64,000 nt of DNA from Rhodobacterales bacterium (GTDB lineage Bacteria > Pseudomonadota > Alphaproteobacteria > Rhodobacterales > CAZPXZ01), in contig OZ244777.1 of NCBI GenBank assembly GCA_965219495.1, positions 690,837 to 754,836 on the forward strand, given 5' to 3'. The position numbers and the translations under genes were made by a program. The notes under the pieces are model-generated. The model did no database searches, was not told where the DNA came from, and saw only the letters and a list, made by a program, of their open reading frames with translations. Positions 49,557 to 60,419 of the stretch are shown one piece after another. Numbering within the stretch: position 1 is the first letter of the stretch; the number at the start of each line of letters is the position of its first letter.

Positions 49557-50896
49557 CTGGCGGCGCTGCAACAGTGATCCGGGCAGCAACGAAAAACGCC
49601 TTCTCGCATCCATCCGCGAATATGCCGTTCGAACGCCAGCTCGATTTCAAAGTGGGCAATGGAATATTCAAGAAAGTGTGGGTTTCATCCCCGAGTTCGA
49701 CAAGGTCCTCCGATGGCCTCGGCCCACTGTTCAATGCACGGGCCTGTCAGAGATGCCACCTCAAGGACGGCCGCGGTCACCCACCGGAGCCGGGGGAGCG
49801 AGCGGAGTCGATGGTTCTTCAGCTGTCAATCCAACCTCGAAACGCGGATGAACTGGCAGCGCTTCGCGTTCGCCGGAAGGCCGGCGCTCCCGAGCCGACA
49901 TACGGTGGCCAACTGCAGAACTTTTCCATTCAAAATATTCGCGCAGAAGGTGAAATGACCATTTCCTACCAGGAAGTCCGCGTCCTTTTGGCCGATGATG
50001 AAATGGTATTTCTTCGCCAGCCGACTTACGGCATTGCCGGCCTTCACTATGGTCCTCTCCACCCCGATACCACGTTGTCTGCGCGCATCGCTCCACCCAT
50101 CATCGGAATGGGACTGCTCGAAGCCATCCCGGAATCCGACATCTTGGAACACGCCGATCCGCATGACAGCAACGGTGATGGCATTTCCGGTCGGCCGAAC
50201 CAGGTATGGAGCGACCAACTCGAACATGTTGTGCTCGGTCGATTTGGATGGAAGGCGGGGCAGCCGACAATTGCGCAACAGGCAGCGAACGCATTCCAGA
50301 AAGACATGGGAATTTCCACCCCGATCTACGCGAACCCGTACGGCGACTGCACGGAAACGCAGAACGAATGCCTTTCCGCCGCGCATGGTGGCCCGTCCGC
50401 GGACAACACAGTCGAAGCGGGCGCCAAGCTCTTTGAATTGCTCGAGTTTTATGCCCGTAATCTTGGAGTGCCGGCTCGCCGTGACGTTGGCGATACCCAA
50501 GTGCTGAAAGGTAAGCAACTCTTTTACGAGTCCAACTGCGTCGGCTGCCACGTCCCCAAATTTGTCACCCGCCGCGATTCGATCGGCGAAGAACAGTCTT
50601 TCCAGTTGATCTGGCCGTACACAGATCTCCTGCTTCACGACATGGGCGAGGGACTGGCGGATTCCCGTCCCGAAGGCGAAGCCACGGGCCGCGAGTGGCG
50701 TACGCCACCGCTATGGGGCATTGGTCTGACGCAAATGGTAAGCGGTCACACCAGGTTTCTTCATGACGGACGCGCACGCAATCTCCTTGAAGCGGTAATC
50801 TGGCATGGAGGTGAGGCCGAGGCGGCAAGGCAACACGTCATTCAAATGACCAAAGAGGAACGTGCGGCGCTACTGACGTTTCTTGGTTCGTTATGA
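49557..50896 (+). pseudogene. DUF1111 di-haem oxidoreductase-like gene, 3' fragment
   Basis: AATVIRAATKNAFSHPSANMP...DGLGPLFNARACQRCHLKDGRG (haem 1), GRFGWKAGQPTIAQQ, CVGCHVP (haem 2), FLHDGRARNLLEAVIWHGGEA. The frame is continuous with 46876..47049 once the IS and one repeat copy are removed. Confidence 0.8.
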
Positions 50897-50912
50897 CGAA
50901 CGAACCGTTCCC

Positions 50913-52019
50913 ATGAGGTTGGGCATTCTTCCATTTTGCTGGGCGTTTCTTGTTGTCCTCGCCGCCCCGCCTGTGCCGAGTGCGGGAGAGATTTCGCAGG
51001 ACGCCTACGCCCGGGTAAACACGGCTCTGGTAACTGCTCATGTGCTGCCGCGATATGCGCGATTATCAGGAGCGACCGGTTCGTTCGCCGACGCTGTTAA
51101 GACGCTTTGTGATAGCGTCGACGAAGCTGGGACTGCACAGGCTCGGGAGGATTTTCATCTGGTAATGGATGCCTGGATGGCGGTCCAACACCTGAAATTC
51201 GGCCCCATCGAGTGGAACTACCGCTTATTTCGGTTCCATTTCTGGCCTCAGGCGCGTGGAAAGGTCACACGGGCAGTGCGTGCGTTAGTGGAAGCGGGCG
51301 ATGAAACCGCATTGCAAGTTTCCAGCATCCGGGAAGCCAATGTCGCCCTTCAAGGTTTGCTGGCGGCGGAAGCGCTCTTGTTCGACCACGAATTCCTCGG
51401 CGTGGGAGACATACCGGGCGCCGCAGAATGCAGGTTCCTTGTGGCGGTTTCGGAAAACATGCGCGTGATGGCGGACGAGATCGTCACGGAATGGCAGGAT
51501 GGCGAGCGCCCGTTTTCCACGACGGTTGCAGAACCCGGGCCCGACAACGGATACTTCCAAGATCACAGCGAAGCGACGCTCGCGTTTTTCAGAAGCCTGC
51601 ACGACGGTCTTCAATTGATCGCAGACGTGAAGTTGAAGCCAATTGTCGGCGATTCGCTTGAGACGGCTCGGCCGTCCTTCGTGGAATCCCGACTGAGCGA
51701 ACGCTCCCTTCGCAACGTCATCCTAAACCTCGAGGCGCTGGAAGCACTATATGCCGGTTCCGGAGGATTGGGCATCGACGATCTCGCCAAATCCGTCGAT
51801 CCCAAGCTGGACCGATTGTTGCACAAGGCGTTTCGTCTGACATTGGAAAATGCGCGCTCGTTCGAAATCACCTTGGAGCACGCCGTCACCAATCCAAAAG
51901 TTTGGCCCAAGGCCAAGAAACTCGCAACCCAAGTTCAAGCGCTGAGACAGATCGTGAGGGACCGCCTCGCCTCGAAACTTGCCCTGCAAGTCGGATTCAA
52001 TGCGCTCGACGGAGATTAG
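50913..52019 (+). CDS. imelysin-like protein (second copy of the cluster)
   Basis: Signal peptide MRLGILPFCWAFLVVLAAPPVPSAG. It is helical and imelysin-like, and sits in the position typical of the imelysin/DUF1111/imelysin/DUF1513 cluster. Confidence 0.65.
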   Translation: MRLGILPFCWAFLVVLAAPPVPSAGEISQDAYARVNTALVTAHVLPRYARLSGATGSFADAVKTLCDSVDEAGTAQAREDFHLVMDAWMAVQHLKFGPIEWNYRLFRFHFWPQARGKVTRAVRALVEAGDETALQVSSIREANVALQGLLAAEALLFDHEFLGVGDIPGAAECRFLVAVSENMRVMADEIVTEWQDGERPFSTTVAEPGPDNGYFQDHSEATLAFFRSLHDGLQLIADVKLKPIVGDSLETARPSFVESRLSERSLRNVILNLEALEALYAGSGGLGIDDLAKSVDPKLDRLLHKAFRLTLENARSFEITLEHAVTNPKVWPKAKKLATQVQALRQIVRDRLASKLALQVGFNALDGD

Positions 52020-53154
52020 CCGCAGAAGCCTGATTTCGCGGCTGGCCAGCGGGTTTCTTGTTCCGCTACTGCCTCAATCGGTAGGCGCCACGCCTACCGG
52101 ACGGATATATCTCAGCGCCCGGGCCGATGCCACGGGAGAGTTCAGAGTGAGCGGGTTCTGGGCCTCTGGCGCCAGGGCATTTGACTTGCCGTTGCCGGTG
52201 CGCGGCCATTCCTTCGCCTTGCATCCGCGCCGGCCGCTTGCGGTGCATTTCGCCCGTAGAAGTGGCCGATTTGGCTACGTCATCGATTTGGAGCGCGGAC
52301 TTATCGTGCAGGAGTTCGGTACATCTGACAGCCGTCACTTTTACGGGCACGGCGTATTCGGAAGCGATGGAAAGTTCTTGTATGCCAGCGAAAACGATTT
52401 CGAAGGAGAACGCGGCGTAATCGGGATCTACGATGCGTTGGGCGATTACTCGCGCGTTGGCGAGTTCTCCACGCATGGGATTGGCCCCCACGACATCCGG
52501 TTGCTTTCTGACGGCAATACTCTTGCCGTCGCAAACGGCGGAATCCTCACACGGCCCGAGTTTCCTCGCGTGAAACTCAACCTGCCGACGATGGCGCCCA
52601 GCCTTTGCCTGATTGACCGCCGCGATGGCGCCTTGTTGAGAAAGCTTGCGTTCGACCGTGAGCTGCACCAACTCAGCATCCGTCATCTCGCGGTCGGCCG
52701 TGACGACACGATTGCAGTCGCGATGCAATATCAGGGACCCGGCGGCGACCTTGTCCCATTGGTTGCCGTGGACCGACAGAAGGCAGAATTGCATCCACTG
52801 GAGGGTCCGCCCGGGATTTTGCGCGATTTGAAGCAATATTCCGGAAGCGTTTGCTTCGATTCGAGTGGCGAGGTGATTGCCGTATCAGCTCCACGCGGAG
52901 ATCGGATCACGTTTTGGAACGCTGAGGCCCGCACCTTCCTTTCGTCCACACGCCTGCGTGACGGTAGCGGCGTTGCGCCGGGAGTCCGCGCGGGCGAGTT
53001 CCTTGCGAGCAGTGGCGCCGGCGGTGTAGTCGCCATTGACGCATTGTCGAACGCAACGCGGCCGGTTGCAACCGACTTCCTCGAGGCCGGCAAATGGGAC
53101 AATCACCTGGTTGCGGCAGCGGGAGAATCGGGCCGAAAGCCGGGAAAACAATGA
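52000..53154 (+). CDS. DUF1513 domain protein (beta-propeller-like, Tat signal)
   Basis: MRSTEISRRSLISRLASG is Tat-like. GHSFALHP, FYGHGVFSxDGKFLYASEND, GIGPHDIRLLSDGNTLAVANGG. Confidence 0.7.
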   Translation: MRSTEISRRSLISRLASGFLVPLLPQSVGATPTGRIYLSARADATGEFRVSGFWASGARAFDLPLPVRGHSFALHPRRPLAVHFARRSGRFGYVIDLERGLIVQEFGTSDSRHFYGHGVFGSDGKFLYASENDFEGERGVIGIYDALGDYSRVGEFSTHGIGPHDIRLLSDGNTLAVANGGILTRPEFPRVKLNLPTMAPSLCLIDRRDGALLRKLAFDRELHQLSIRHLAVGRDDTIAVAMQYQGPGGDLVPLVAVDRQKAELHPLEGPPGILRDLKQYSGSVCFDSSGEVIAVSAPRGDRITFWNAEARTFLSSTRLRDGSGVAPGVRAGEFLASSGAGGVVAIDALSNATRPVATDFLEAGKWDNHLVAAAGESGRKPGKQ

Positions 53155-53251
53155 CCGGGCGCAGGATTTCGATGCGTGAAGCGCAACCGGCGCTGCATTC
53201 CCGATAATTCCCGTTTTCCCGGGATCGAACGGATTACAGGGGCAGAACTCT

Positions 53252-56056
53252 CTACGATGGCTGGTCATACATGGCGACAGGCGGGCATGCGCAAACGACA
53301 TTCCGATCGCCATGCACATTGTCGACTCGCGCAACCGGCGGAAGATATTTGCGGGCCGGGTCTACGCCCGGCGGGCACAGCGCCAGCCCGCGAGGGTAGG
53401 GGCGGTCCCAATGCTCCGCTAGTGCGTCCGCCAGCGTATGAGGCGCATTGACAAGCGGATTATTTTCCTTTGGCCAGAAACCGGATTCCACCTGTTCGAT
53501 TTCCCGCGCAATTTCGAGCATTGCATCGCAAAACCGATCCAATTCAGCCTTGGATTCACTCTCAGTGGGCTCCACCATGAGCGTTCCGAGCACCGGCCAT
53601 TCCATCGTCGGAGCATGAAATCCGTAATCGATCAACCGCTTGGCAATGTCCTCCGCAGTAATGCCCGCGCGTTCGCGAAACTGTCTCGGATCGAGGATGC
53701 ACTCGTGGGCAACCAATTTCCCATCACCGTGAAATGCGGTTGGAAATACCGACGCCAGTCGCCTGGAAACATAGTTGGCGTTCAGCATGGCCGTGGCGCT
53801 TGCGCGCCGAAGTCCCTTGGCCCCCATCATGCGGATGTACATCCAGGTGATGGGAAGAATCCCCGCCGAACCCAGCGCTGCGGCGGACACCGCGCCGGAC
53901 GTGCCCAGCGTCCAGTGGCCGGGAAGAAACGGCGCGAGATGCTGCTTGACTCCGATCGGCCCGACCCCGGGACCACCTCCTCCATGCGGAATGCAAAACG
54001 TCTTGTGGAGATTCATGTGGCAGACATCCGCCCCAAAATCTCCCGGCCGGGCAATCCCGGCCATTGCGTTCAGGTTCGCCCCGTCGAGATAGACTTGGCC
54101 GCCGTTCCGGTGAACCACTTCGCAGAGTTGCTCGATTCCTGCCTCGAACACGCCGCGAGTGGAAGGGTAGGTGACCATGCAGGCCGCAAGCCGGTCCGCG
54201 TGCAACTCTGCCTTCACCCGCAAGTCCTTCATATCGATTTCACCGGAATCCTGACTTGCAACAACCACGACCTCCAGCCCCGCAAGTACTGCGCTTGCGG
54301 GATTGGTTCCGTGCGCGGAATCCGGAATCAGACACACATTTCGTCCAGATTCGCCCCTGGCTTCATGATATTGGTGGATCACGGCGAGCCCTGCATACTC
54401 CCCTTGGCTTCCGGCGTTCGGTTGCAAGGAAACCGCGTCGAACCCGGTAATCTCCGCAAGCCAGGTTTCCAGGTCCCCGGCAAGTTTTCGGTAGCCCTGC
54501 GCGCTTTCTTCGGGAACGAAGGGATGGATGTCGGCAAACTCCGGCCATCCGACCGGCTGCATTTCGGCGGCGGCGTTGAGTTTCATCGTGCACGACCCGA
54601 GCGGGATCATGGTCCGGTCCAGCGCCAGATCTTTGGCCGCCAGTCCCTGCAGGAAGCGCATCATGTCGGTCTCGGAGCGATGATCGTGAAACACGGATTG
54701 AGACAGGAATTGGCTATTGCGTCGTCCCTCCGGCAACATCGAAGCGGCATGACCCGGCGGACGGAATCCCAAGCAATTGGCCACGGCTTGCAAATCTTCT
54801 TCCGTCGTAGTCTCGTCAAACGTGACAGATACCCGGTTCGGGTCGAGGGCACGAATCTGATAACCGCTTCGGAGAAACTCCTGGGCCGTTGATTCGCTAT
54901 TTGCCGTCTTCAGCGACACGGTATCGAACAATGGGCCTGGTTCTGCCAGAATCCCCGCGTCCCGGGCTCCCGAGGCGAGTCGCGCGGCGAATCCGTGCAC
55001 CCGCCCCGCGATGGCGGCAAGCCCCTCCGGTCCGTGCCAAATCGCGTAGGCGGCTGACATCTCCGCGAGCAACGCCTGCGCCGTGCAAATGTTCGAAGTG
55101 GCCTTTTCCCGGCGTATATGTTGCTCCCGTGTCTGAAGTGCGAGCCGATAGGCGACATTTCCGCGCACATCCAACGATTCTCCGACGATTCGGCCGGGAA
55201 TCAGGCGCACATTCTTTTCGCTGGTCGCGATATACGCTGCGTGCGGTCCTCCAAACCCCATTGACACCCCAAACCGCTGCATGGACCCGACAACAATGTC
55301 AGCGCCCCAAGCCGCCGGCGCTTCGAGCAATACCAGCGCAAGCGGGTCGGCCACCGCTATCACGAGCGCGCCCACAGCACGCGCCGCGCCCACGGCGAAT
55401 TGCGGATGGCGGAAGACTCCACCGGTGTCCGGCCAAGGCAATACAATCGCGGCCGTTTCTTCATCGGGGGGACCATCGGTCAGCTGCAACCCCAGACTCG
55501 AAACTCGAGTCTTCATCACATCCAGGTCCTGGGGATGCAGGGCGCCGAGAACCGCAATGCGTTTGCGCCTGCCCCGGAAACGCCGAACGGCCACCATCGC
55601 CCCTTCCGCCAAAGCGGTCGCTTCATCCAGCAGAGAGGCATTGGACACGGCGTGACCGGAAAGTTCGCAGACCAGCGTCTGGAAATAGAATAGCAGTTCC
55701 AGCCGACCCTGGCTGATTTCGGGTTGGTAGGGCGTATAGGAGGTGTACCAAGCGGGATTCTCGAACAGGTTCCGCTGGATGACCGGGGGCACTATGCAAT
55801 TGTGATAGCCCAGCCCGATCAACGGTTTCCGAAGCAGATTCTTTGCCGCATGCTGGCGCAGTTCCCGGAGGGCTTCCGCTTCCGTTGCCGGCTCCGGAAG
55901 GCGAAGGTCGCTGCGCAATCGAATCCCTTCAGGGACAATTCTGTCGACCAGTTCGTCAAGTGAGGTACAGTCCACTTCCTTGAGAAGCGCCTTCTCGTCA
56001 TCGCCCCTTGGGCCAATGTGACGATCGGAGAATCCTGGTGCGGCCACGACCGGCAT
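53252..56056 (-). CDS. gcvP: glycine dehydrogenase (aminomethyl-transferring), single-chain P protein
   Basis: 934 aa. [25 protein letters not shown] and [16 protein letters not shown] (PLP Lys region). Confidence 0.95.
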   Translation of the reverse strand: MPVVAAPGFSDRHIGPRGDDEKALLKEVDCTSLDELVDRIVPEGIRLRSDLRLPEPATEAEALRELRQHAAKNLLRKPLIGLGYHNCIVPPVIQRNLFENPAWYTSYTPYQPEISQGRLELLFYFQTLVCELSGHAVSNASLLDEATALAEGAMVAVRRFRGRRKRIAVLGALHPQDLDVMKTRVSSLGLQLTDGPPDEETAAIVLPWPDTGGVFRHPQFAVGAARAVGALVIAVADPLALVLLEAPAAWGADIVVGSMQRFGVSMGFGGPHAAYIATSEKNVRLIPGRIVGESLDVRGNVAYRLALQTREQHIRREKATSNICTAQALLAEMSAAYAIWHGPEGLAAIAGRVHGFAARLASGARDAGILAEPGPLFDTVSLKTANSESTAQEFLRSGYQIRALDPNRVSVTFDETTTEEDLQAVANCLGFRPPGHAASMLPEGRRNSQFLSQSVFHDHRSETDMMRFLQGLAAKDLALDRTMIPLGSCTMKLNAAAEMQPVGWPEFADIHPFVPEESAQGYRKLAGDLETWLAEITGFDAVSLQPNAGSQGEYAGLAVIHQYHEARGESGRNVCLIPDSAHGTNPASAVLAGLEVVVVASQDSGEIDMKDLRVKAELHADRLAACMVTYPSTRGVFEAGIEQLCEVVHRNGGQVYLDGANLNAMAGIARPGDFGADVCHMNLHKTFCIPHGGGGPGVGPIGVKQHLAPFLPGHWTLGTSGAVSAAALGSAGILPITWMYIRMMGAKGLRRASATAMLNANYVSRRLASVFPTAFHGDGKLVAHECILDPRQFRERAGITAEDIAKRLIDYGFHAPTMEWPVLGTLMVEPTESESKAELDRFCDAMLEIAREIEQVESGFWPKENNPLVNAPHTLADALAEHWDRPYPRGLALCPPGVDPARKYLPPVARVDNVHGDRNVVCACPPVAMYDQPS

Positions 56057-56059
56057 CGA

Positions 56060-56431
56060 CTAGCCTCCGATGAGTTCCTGATAAGACGACTGCTCCAACA
56101 ACTGCCCGCACTCGGAAGGATCGTGCATGCGCATCCGAAATAGCCACCCTTCGTCAAGCGGGCTCTCGTTGATCAATTGGGGATTATCCACGAGAAGTTC
56201 ATTTACCGCGAGAATCGTACCGGAAACGGGAGCATAGACTTCCGAAGCTGCCTTTACCGACTCTAGAACGCCGGATTCATCGCCCATCGAAACCTCCGAA
56301 CCGACTTCGGGCAAGTCGACATAAACCAATTCGCCCAGTGCATCCTGTGCATAGTGGGTGATGCCCACAATCACTTCTTCACCATCCACTCGCAGCCATT
56401 CATGATCTTCCGTAAACCGTAACTCGTTCAT
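56060..56431 (-). CDS. gcvH: glycine cleavage system H protein
   Basis: LRFTEDHEWLRVDGE...VGITHYAQDALGELVYVDLPEVG...ESVKAASEVYAPVSG (lipoyl-Lys motif). Confidence 0.95.
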   Translation of the reverse strand: MNELRFTEDHEWLRVDGEEVIVGITHYAQDALGELVYVDLPEVGSEVSMGDESGVLESVKAASEVYAPVSGTILAVNELLVDNPQLINESPLDEGWLFRMRMHDPSECGQLLEQSSYQELIGG

Positions 56432-57522
56432 CTTGCTGTTCCCTTGTTGTATCGATGTCGTACAAAAGGCATTCCCGTCACGTGGCAGGCGATACGCTTT
56501 CCCCGAACTTCCGCGTCAATGGTTGTGCCGGGTTCTCCGTAAGCGTGCGAAACATATCCCATTGCGACAGGCGCCCGAAGGCTTGGCGCGAACCCTCCAG
56601 ACGTAACATGCCCGATTACCTTATCGTTCGGCCCATAAAGGAGGGCGCCGGGACGAACCGGCACGCGACCCGCCGGCGTCATTCCCACGCGAATCCTCCC
56701 AGGTTCCTCCTTGCTGGTCGCCCTCAGCGCCTCTGCGCCGATGAACTCCCCGGATTCCAGTATTCTTCGAGGAACCGTCCACATGAGCCCTGCTTCAACC
56801 GGATTGGTCTCCTCCGTCAAGTCCTGACCGTACAAACATAGACCGGCTTCAAGCCGAAGCGTATCTCTTGCGCCCAACCCAATCGGCTTGAGCAGTGGAT
56901 TCGCAAGAATGGAATTAACAAAATTCGCCGCTTCGCTGCGAGGCAGGGCAAGTTCAAATCCGTCCTCTCCCGAATAACCTGTCCGACTGATCACCCGGTC
57001 GCCATCGAGTCGTGAGGCCGTCATGAAACGCAGTGTGCCGGCTTCGGGAACTTTGGAACTGAGGACTTCTTCAGCGCGGGGCCCTTGTACGGCGATCATG
57101 GCCCGTCCGGGAACAACGATTTCGATGTCAAGGTCATTTGAGTTCGAGCACATTCTCGCAAGGTCGGCTTCCTTTCGGGCTGCATTGCAGATGATCAAGT
57201 AACCATCCTCGCTGAGGCGCATAACGACGGCATCGTCCAGGATCCCGGCATCATCGTTGAGGAAGAACGAATACTTGGAGCTCCCTACGATCATGCCTGC
57301 GGCATCGATGGGGCAAAGTCGCGCCAGCAGCTTGGCCGAATCGGGTCCCCGGAATTCCACCTGCCCCATATGGGATACATCAAAGAACCCGGCAGAATCG
57401 CGAACCTGAAGGTGTTCCGCGATAATTCCCGCAGGATAATTCAGCGGCAGTCGGTACCCGGCGAACGGCACCATTTTTGCGTCTAGTCGCCTGTGAAGGT
57501 CGAAAAGCGGTGTCTTTTGCAT
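56428..57522 (-). CDS. gcvT: glycine cleavage system aminomethyltransferase T
   Basis: MQKTPLFDLH..GAKMVPFAGY.LPLNY, FDVSHMG, TGYSGEDGFE. An alternative TTG start lies at 57537. It overlaps gcvH by 4 nt. Confidence 0.9.
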   Translation of the reverse strand: MQKTPLFDLHRRLDAKMVPFAGYRLPLNYPAGIIAEHLQVRDSAGFFDVSHMGQVEFRGPDSAKLLARLCPIDAAGMIVGSSKYSFFLNDDAGILDDAVVMRLSEDGYLIICNAARKEADLARMCSNSNDLDIEIVVPGRAMIAVQGPRAEEVLSSKVPEAGTLRFMTASRLDGDRVISRTGYSGEDGFELALPRSEAANFVNSILANPLLKPIGLGARDTLRLEAGLCLYGQDLTEETNPVEAGLMWTVPRRILESGEFIGAEALRATSKEEPGRIRVGMTPAGRVPVRPGALLYGPNDKVIGHVTSGGFAPSLRAPVAMGYVSHAYGEPGTTIDAEVRGKRIACHVTGMPFVRHRYNKGTAR

Positions 57523-58272
57523 TATCGGTAGAAGCAATTGAGAAGAACCGGAGAGTTAACGGCGAACTCGATTCCAGTCAATCCCTTCGCGGCTTCTAGC
57601 AGTTCGCAGCGCCCCAGCGACGCGGCCTAGAATCAACCGGGGAAAAGCCGTAAGGAGTATCTCGCATGCTGCAAGCAGCAGGCTTGGTCGGCTGACTGAA
57701 ACTGAATGAAATTCGACGACCTCTCCAGAACAACGATAATGGCGTTCCCCTGATCTGCGAAGAATGACGGTCAGACGAACTAAAAAGAGATAGATTTGCA
57801 GTTCGATTGACGGTCAGGAATTCTTACCGTCGGGTCGGCGCGAGAATCAGATCCAGAACGATAACTTGACCAAACCCGAGAGTCGCAACAGAGCCGAACT
57901 TCCCCGCACGCAACCAGATGACACCTGCTCTGCACGATCAACATCCTTCAGTTCAGAGCCCGACCTACAACACGAGACTTCCGTTGCGGATTCCGTCAAA
58001 GGCACATACCATTGCGCCGAGACGATTGCGCGCCATGGCTGACCGAGGTCCCCTGGAATTCCGCGAGCGGGGCAGGTTCGATCGCGGATCGGCCGAAACA
58101 GGGCGCGGAGCGTACGACCTGCGCGTCACCGTTCCCGCAACTTAAACGTATGGCGAGGCGTCGCAACATCTAGACCGAAATTCTTCTCGGTCAGGCTCAT
58201 GGAACGGTCTATCCTGTCGGATCCGAGCTACATACAGGCGGCTGCAAACATTTCAAAGAAGAAAGGCGAATC

Positions 58273-58713
58273 GTGACTTCAGAAAGCCTGGACATTTCTT
58301 GCACTAACGACCTGCAGGAACTCGCGTTTGTTGCGGAAAGAATTGACGAGTTCTGTGAAGCGCACGACATCGGTTCAGAAATCGCGTTTGCCGTCAACCT
58401 GTCTATCGATGAACTGCTGACCAACACCATCAGTTATGGATACGCGGATGACGAACCACACCAGATCGACATTTCGGTTCGCCTGGACAGCAGCGACATG
58501 ATTATCGAGATCGCCGATGACGGCTTGCCATTTGAATTGTCCAGCGTCGCAAAACCGAATACCGACGCCGATCTCGAAGACCGCCCGGTAGGCGGGCTCG
58601 GCGTCTTCCTAGTGTACGAGATGATGGATAGCGTCGAATATCGGCGCAACGAGGATCGAAACGTCGTAACCCTGATCAAGAAGGCGGCGAACGCGAGAAT
58701 CGCTGGGACATGA
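58273..58713 (+). CDS. anti-sigma regulatory factor-type Ser/Thr kinase (RsbW/SpoIIAB-like, HATPase_c_2)
   Basis: AVNLSIDELLTNTISYGY (N box), IEIADDGLPF (G1), DRPVGGLGVFLVYEMMD (G2). GTG start at 58273. Confidence 0.75.
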   Translation: MTSESLDISCTNDLQELAFVAERIDEFCEAHDIGSEIAFAVNLSIDELLTNTISYGYADDEPHQIDISVRLDSSDMIIEIADDGLPFELSSVAKPNTDADLEDRPVGGLGVFLVYEMMDSVEYRRNEDRNVVTLIKKAANARIAGT

Positions 58714-58924
58714 TCGAATATTCCGTGTTCAAGACCGGGGAAAAACTCGGGTCACGCCGTCTTGGGGCGAGAGTGATCTGGATAAAGGACCACTTGATCC
58801 GGCCCAGTCACTCGCCGTATTGTGCCAAACCCTGAAAGGATTTATCGTTTTGTCTCGCCAAACCGGCGAATGAAGCCCCGTGTCAACAGTACCGGACGGA
58901 GCGAAGAGGGGTCCAACCAAGGTG

Positions 58925-60328
58925 ATGATCTTCAATATGAACGTGAAGGGCCGCAATCTTCCGGATCGTGGTGCTCAATTCCACAGCTTTATCGGCCCAG
59001 GCAGCATTGCCGCCGTTCTCGCGCTGGTTTGCTTGCCTTCAGAGGCGCATGCCGCCTTGAACAATGAAACGCAGTTCGTCCTGAACAGCTTTTCGTTCTT
59101 GATCTGGGGCGCGCTGGTAATGTGGATGTGCGCGGGCTTCACGATGCTCGAAGCCGGATCGGTGCGGACGAAAAATGCTTCGGTCATCTGCCTCAAGAAT
59201 ATTGGCCTCTATTCCATTGCCGGCCTGGCTTTCTACTTCATCGGCTACAACATCATGTATGTCGGTGTTGAAGAGGGAGGTTGGTTCGGTTCGGTCCAGT
59301 TCCTGTATGGGTCCTCCAGCGACGAGATCGCGCTCTTGCGTGGCAACGAAGAGGCCAGTTCCGCCGTTATCGAGAAGGGCTTTTCCACGATGTCGGATTG
59401 GTTCTTTCAGATGGTGTTTGTGGCAACTACCGCGTCGATCGTATCCGGAACGTTGGCCGAGCGTGTGAAACTCTGGTCATTCTTTTTGTTCATCTTGCTT
59501 CTGACGGCGGTAATTTACCCGGTAATTGGGTCTTGGACCTGGGGCGGCGGTTGGCTTTCCGTCATGGGATTCCAGGATTTCGCAGGATCAACAATTGTTC
59601 ATTCCACCGGTGGTTGGGCAGCGCTTGCAGGCGCGCTGATAGTAGGGGCGCGAAAGGGCAAGTTTCGTGAAGACGGTAGCGTCAAGTCGACGCCGCCTTC
59701 GAATGTTCCGGCCGTAACACTAGGGGTCTTTATCCTGTGGCTGGGTTGGTTCGGATTCAACGGCGGTTCGCAACTCGCATTGGGCGGAGCATTCGATGCC
59801 GTTGCGATCAGCAATATCCTCGCAAACACCAACCTCGCAGCTGCTGCCGGGGTGATGACTGCCATAATACTTTCACGTCCGATCTTGGGTCGCGTAGACT
59901 TGCTCGCCGGCCTGAACGGCGCGATTGCGGGACTTGTTGCCATTACTGCAGGACCGGATATTGTCGAACACTATTGGGCTGTTATCATTGGAGCAATCGG
60001 CGGGGGCATATGTGTCCTTGGACTTAGAGTCCTGGACTATTTGAAAATTGATGATGTGGTTGGGGCCATCCCAGCGCATCTGTTCGCCGGCATATGGGGG
60101 ACAATCGCAGTTTCAATCGCTGCCGGGGGGAATTTCCTCGTTCAGCTTCTCGGAGTCCTCGCAATCGGTGCTTTTGTATTCGCGACTTCACTGATAATTT
60201 GGTTCATCATTTCGAGGACCATGGGAGCACGAATATCGGCGGTTCACGAGGAATTGGGGCAGGATGTTGCGGAACTGGGTATCGAGGCCTACCCGGAATT
60301 TGTACTGATGCCGGAGGTGGACGATTGA
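58925..60328 (+). CDS. amt: ammonium transporter (Amt family)
   Basis: LIWGALVMWMCAGFTMLEAGSVRTKN, FFQMVFVATTASIVSGTLAER, GSTIVHSTGGWAALAGALIVGAR, GWFGFNGGS, AIPAHLFAGIWG. An N-terminal signal-like segment is present. The start is uncertain (58925 or 58937). Confidence 0.9.
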   Translation: MIFNMNVKGRNLPDRGAQFHSFIGPGSIAAVLALVCLPSEAHAALNNETQFVLNSFSFLIWGALVMWMCAGFTMLEAGSVRTKNASVICLKNIGLYSIAGLAFYFIGYNIMYVGVEEGGWFGSVQFLYGSSSDEIALLRGNEEASSAVIEKGFSTMSDWFFQMVFVATTASIVSGTLAERVKLWSFFLFILLLTAVIYPVIGSWTWGGGWLSVMGFQDFAGSTIVHSTGGWAALAGALIVGARKGKFREDGSVKSTPPSNVPAVTLGVFILWLGWFGFNGGSQLALGGAFDAVAISNILANTNLAAAAGVMTAIILSRPILGRVDLLAGLNGAIAGLVAITAGPDIVEHYWAVIIGAIGGGICVLGLRVLDYLKIDDVVGAIPAHLFAGIWGTIAVSIAAGGNFLVQLLGVLAIGAFVFATSLIIWFIISRTMGARISAVHEELGQDVAELGIEAYPEFVLMPEVDD

Positions 60329-60419
60329 GCAACAAGCGGCATTGACCACCGGGAAGCATGGCCAATCGGCGAAGTTCGGCGTATCATGGCCACAGTCTTG
60401 AGCATTGGAGACGCAGGAA

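Noticed and set aside
57538-57760. A glycine riboswitch upstream of gcvT, which would be expected from known gcvT regulation.
   Set aside because: The minus strand has one CUGGAGAG and a GCCGCGAAGGGA plus ACUCUCCGG that loosely recall the aptamer. The conserved CACCGAAGGGGCAA and CUCAGGCAAAAGGAC cores are not present. I cannot support a riboswitch call without a covariance-model scan.
58140-58925. A sigma-54 (NtrC-type) promoter upstream of the kinase-amt-STAS genes (TGGCGAGGCGTCGCA near 58150).
   Set aside because: The GG-to-GC spacing is one nucleotide short of the TGGCAC-N5-TTGC consensus, and the -12 element is poor. No better candidate was found.
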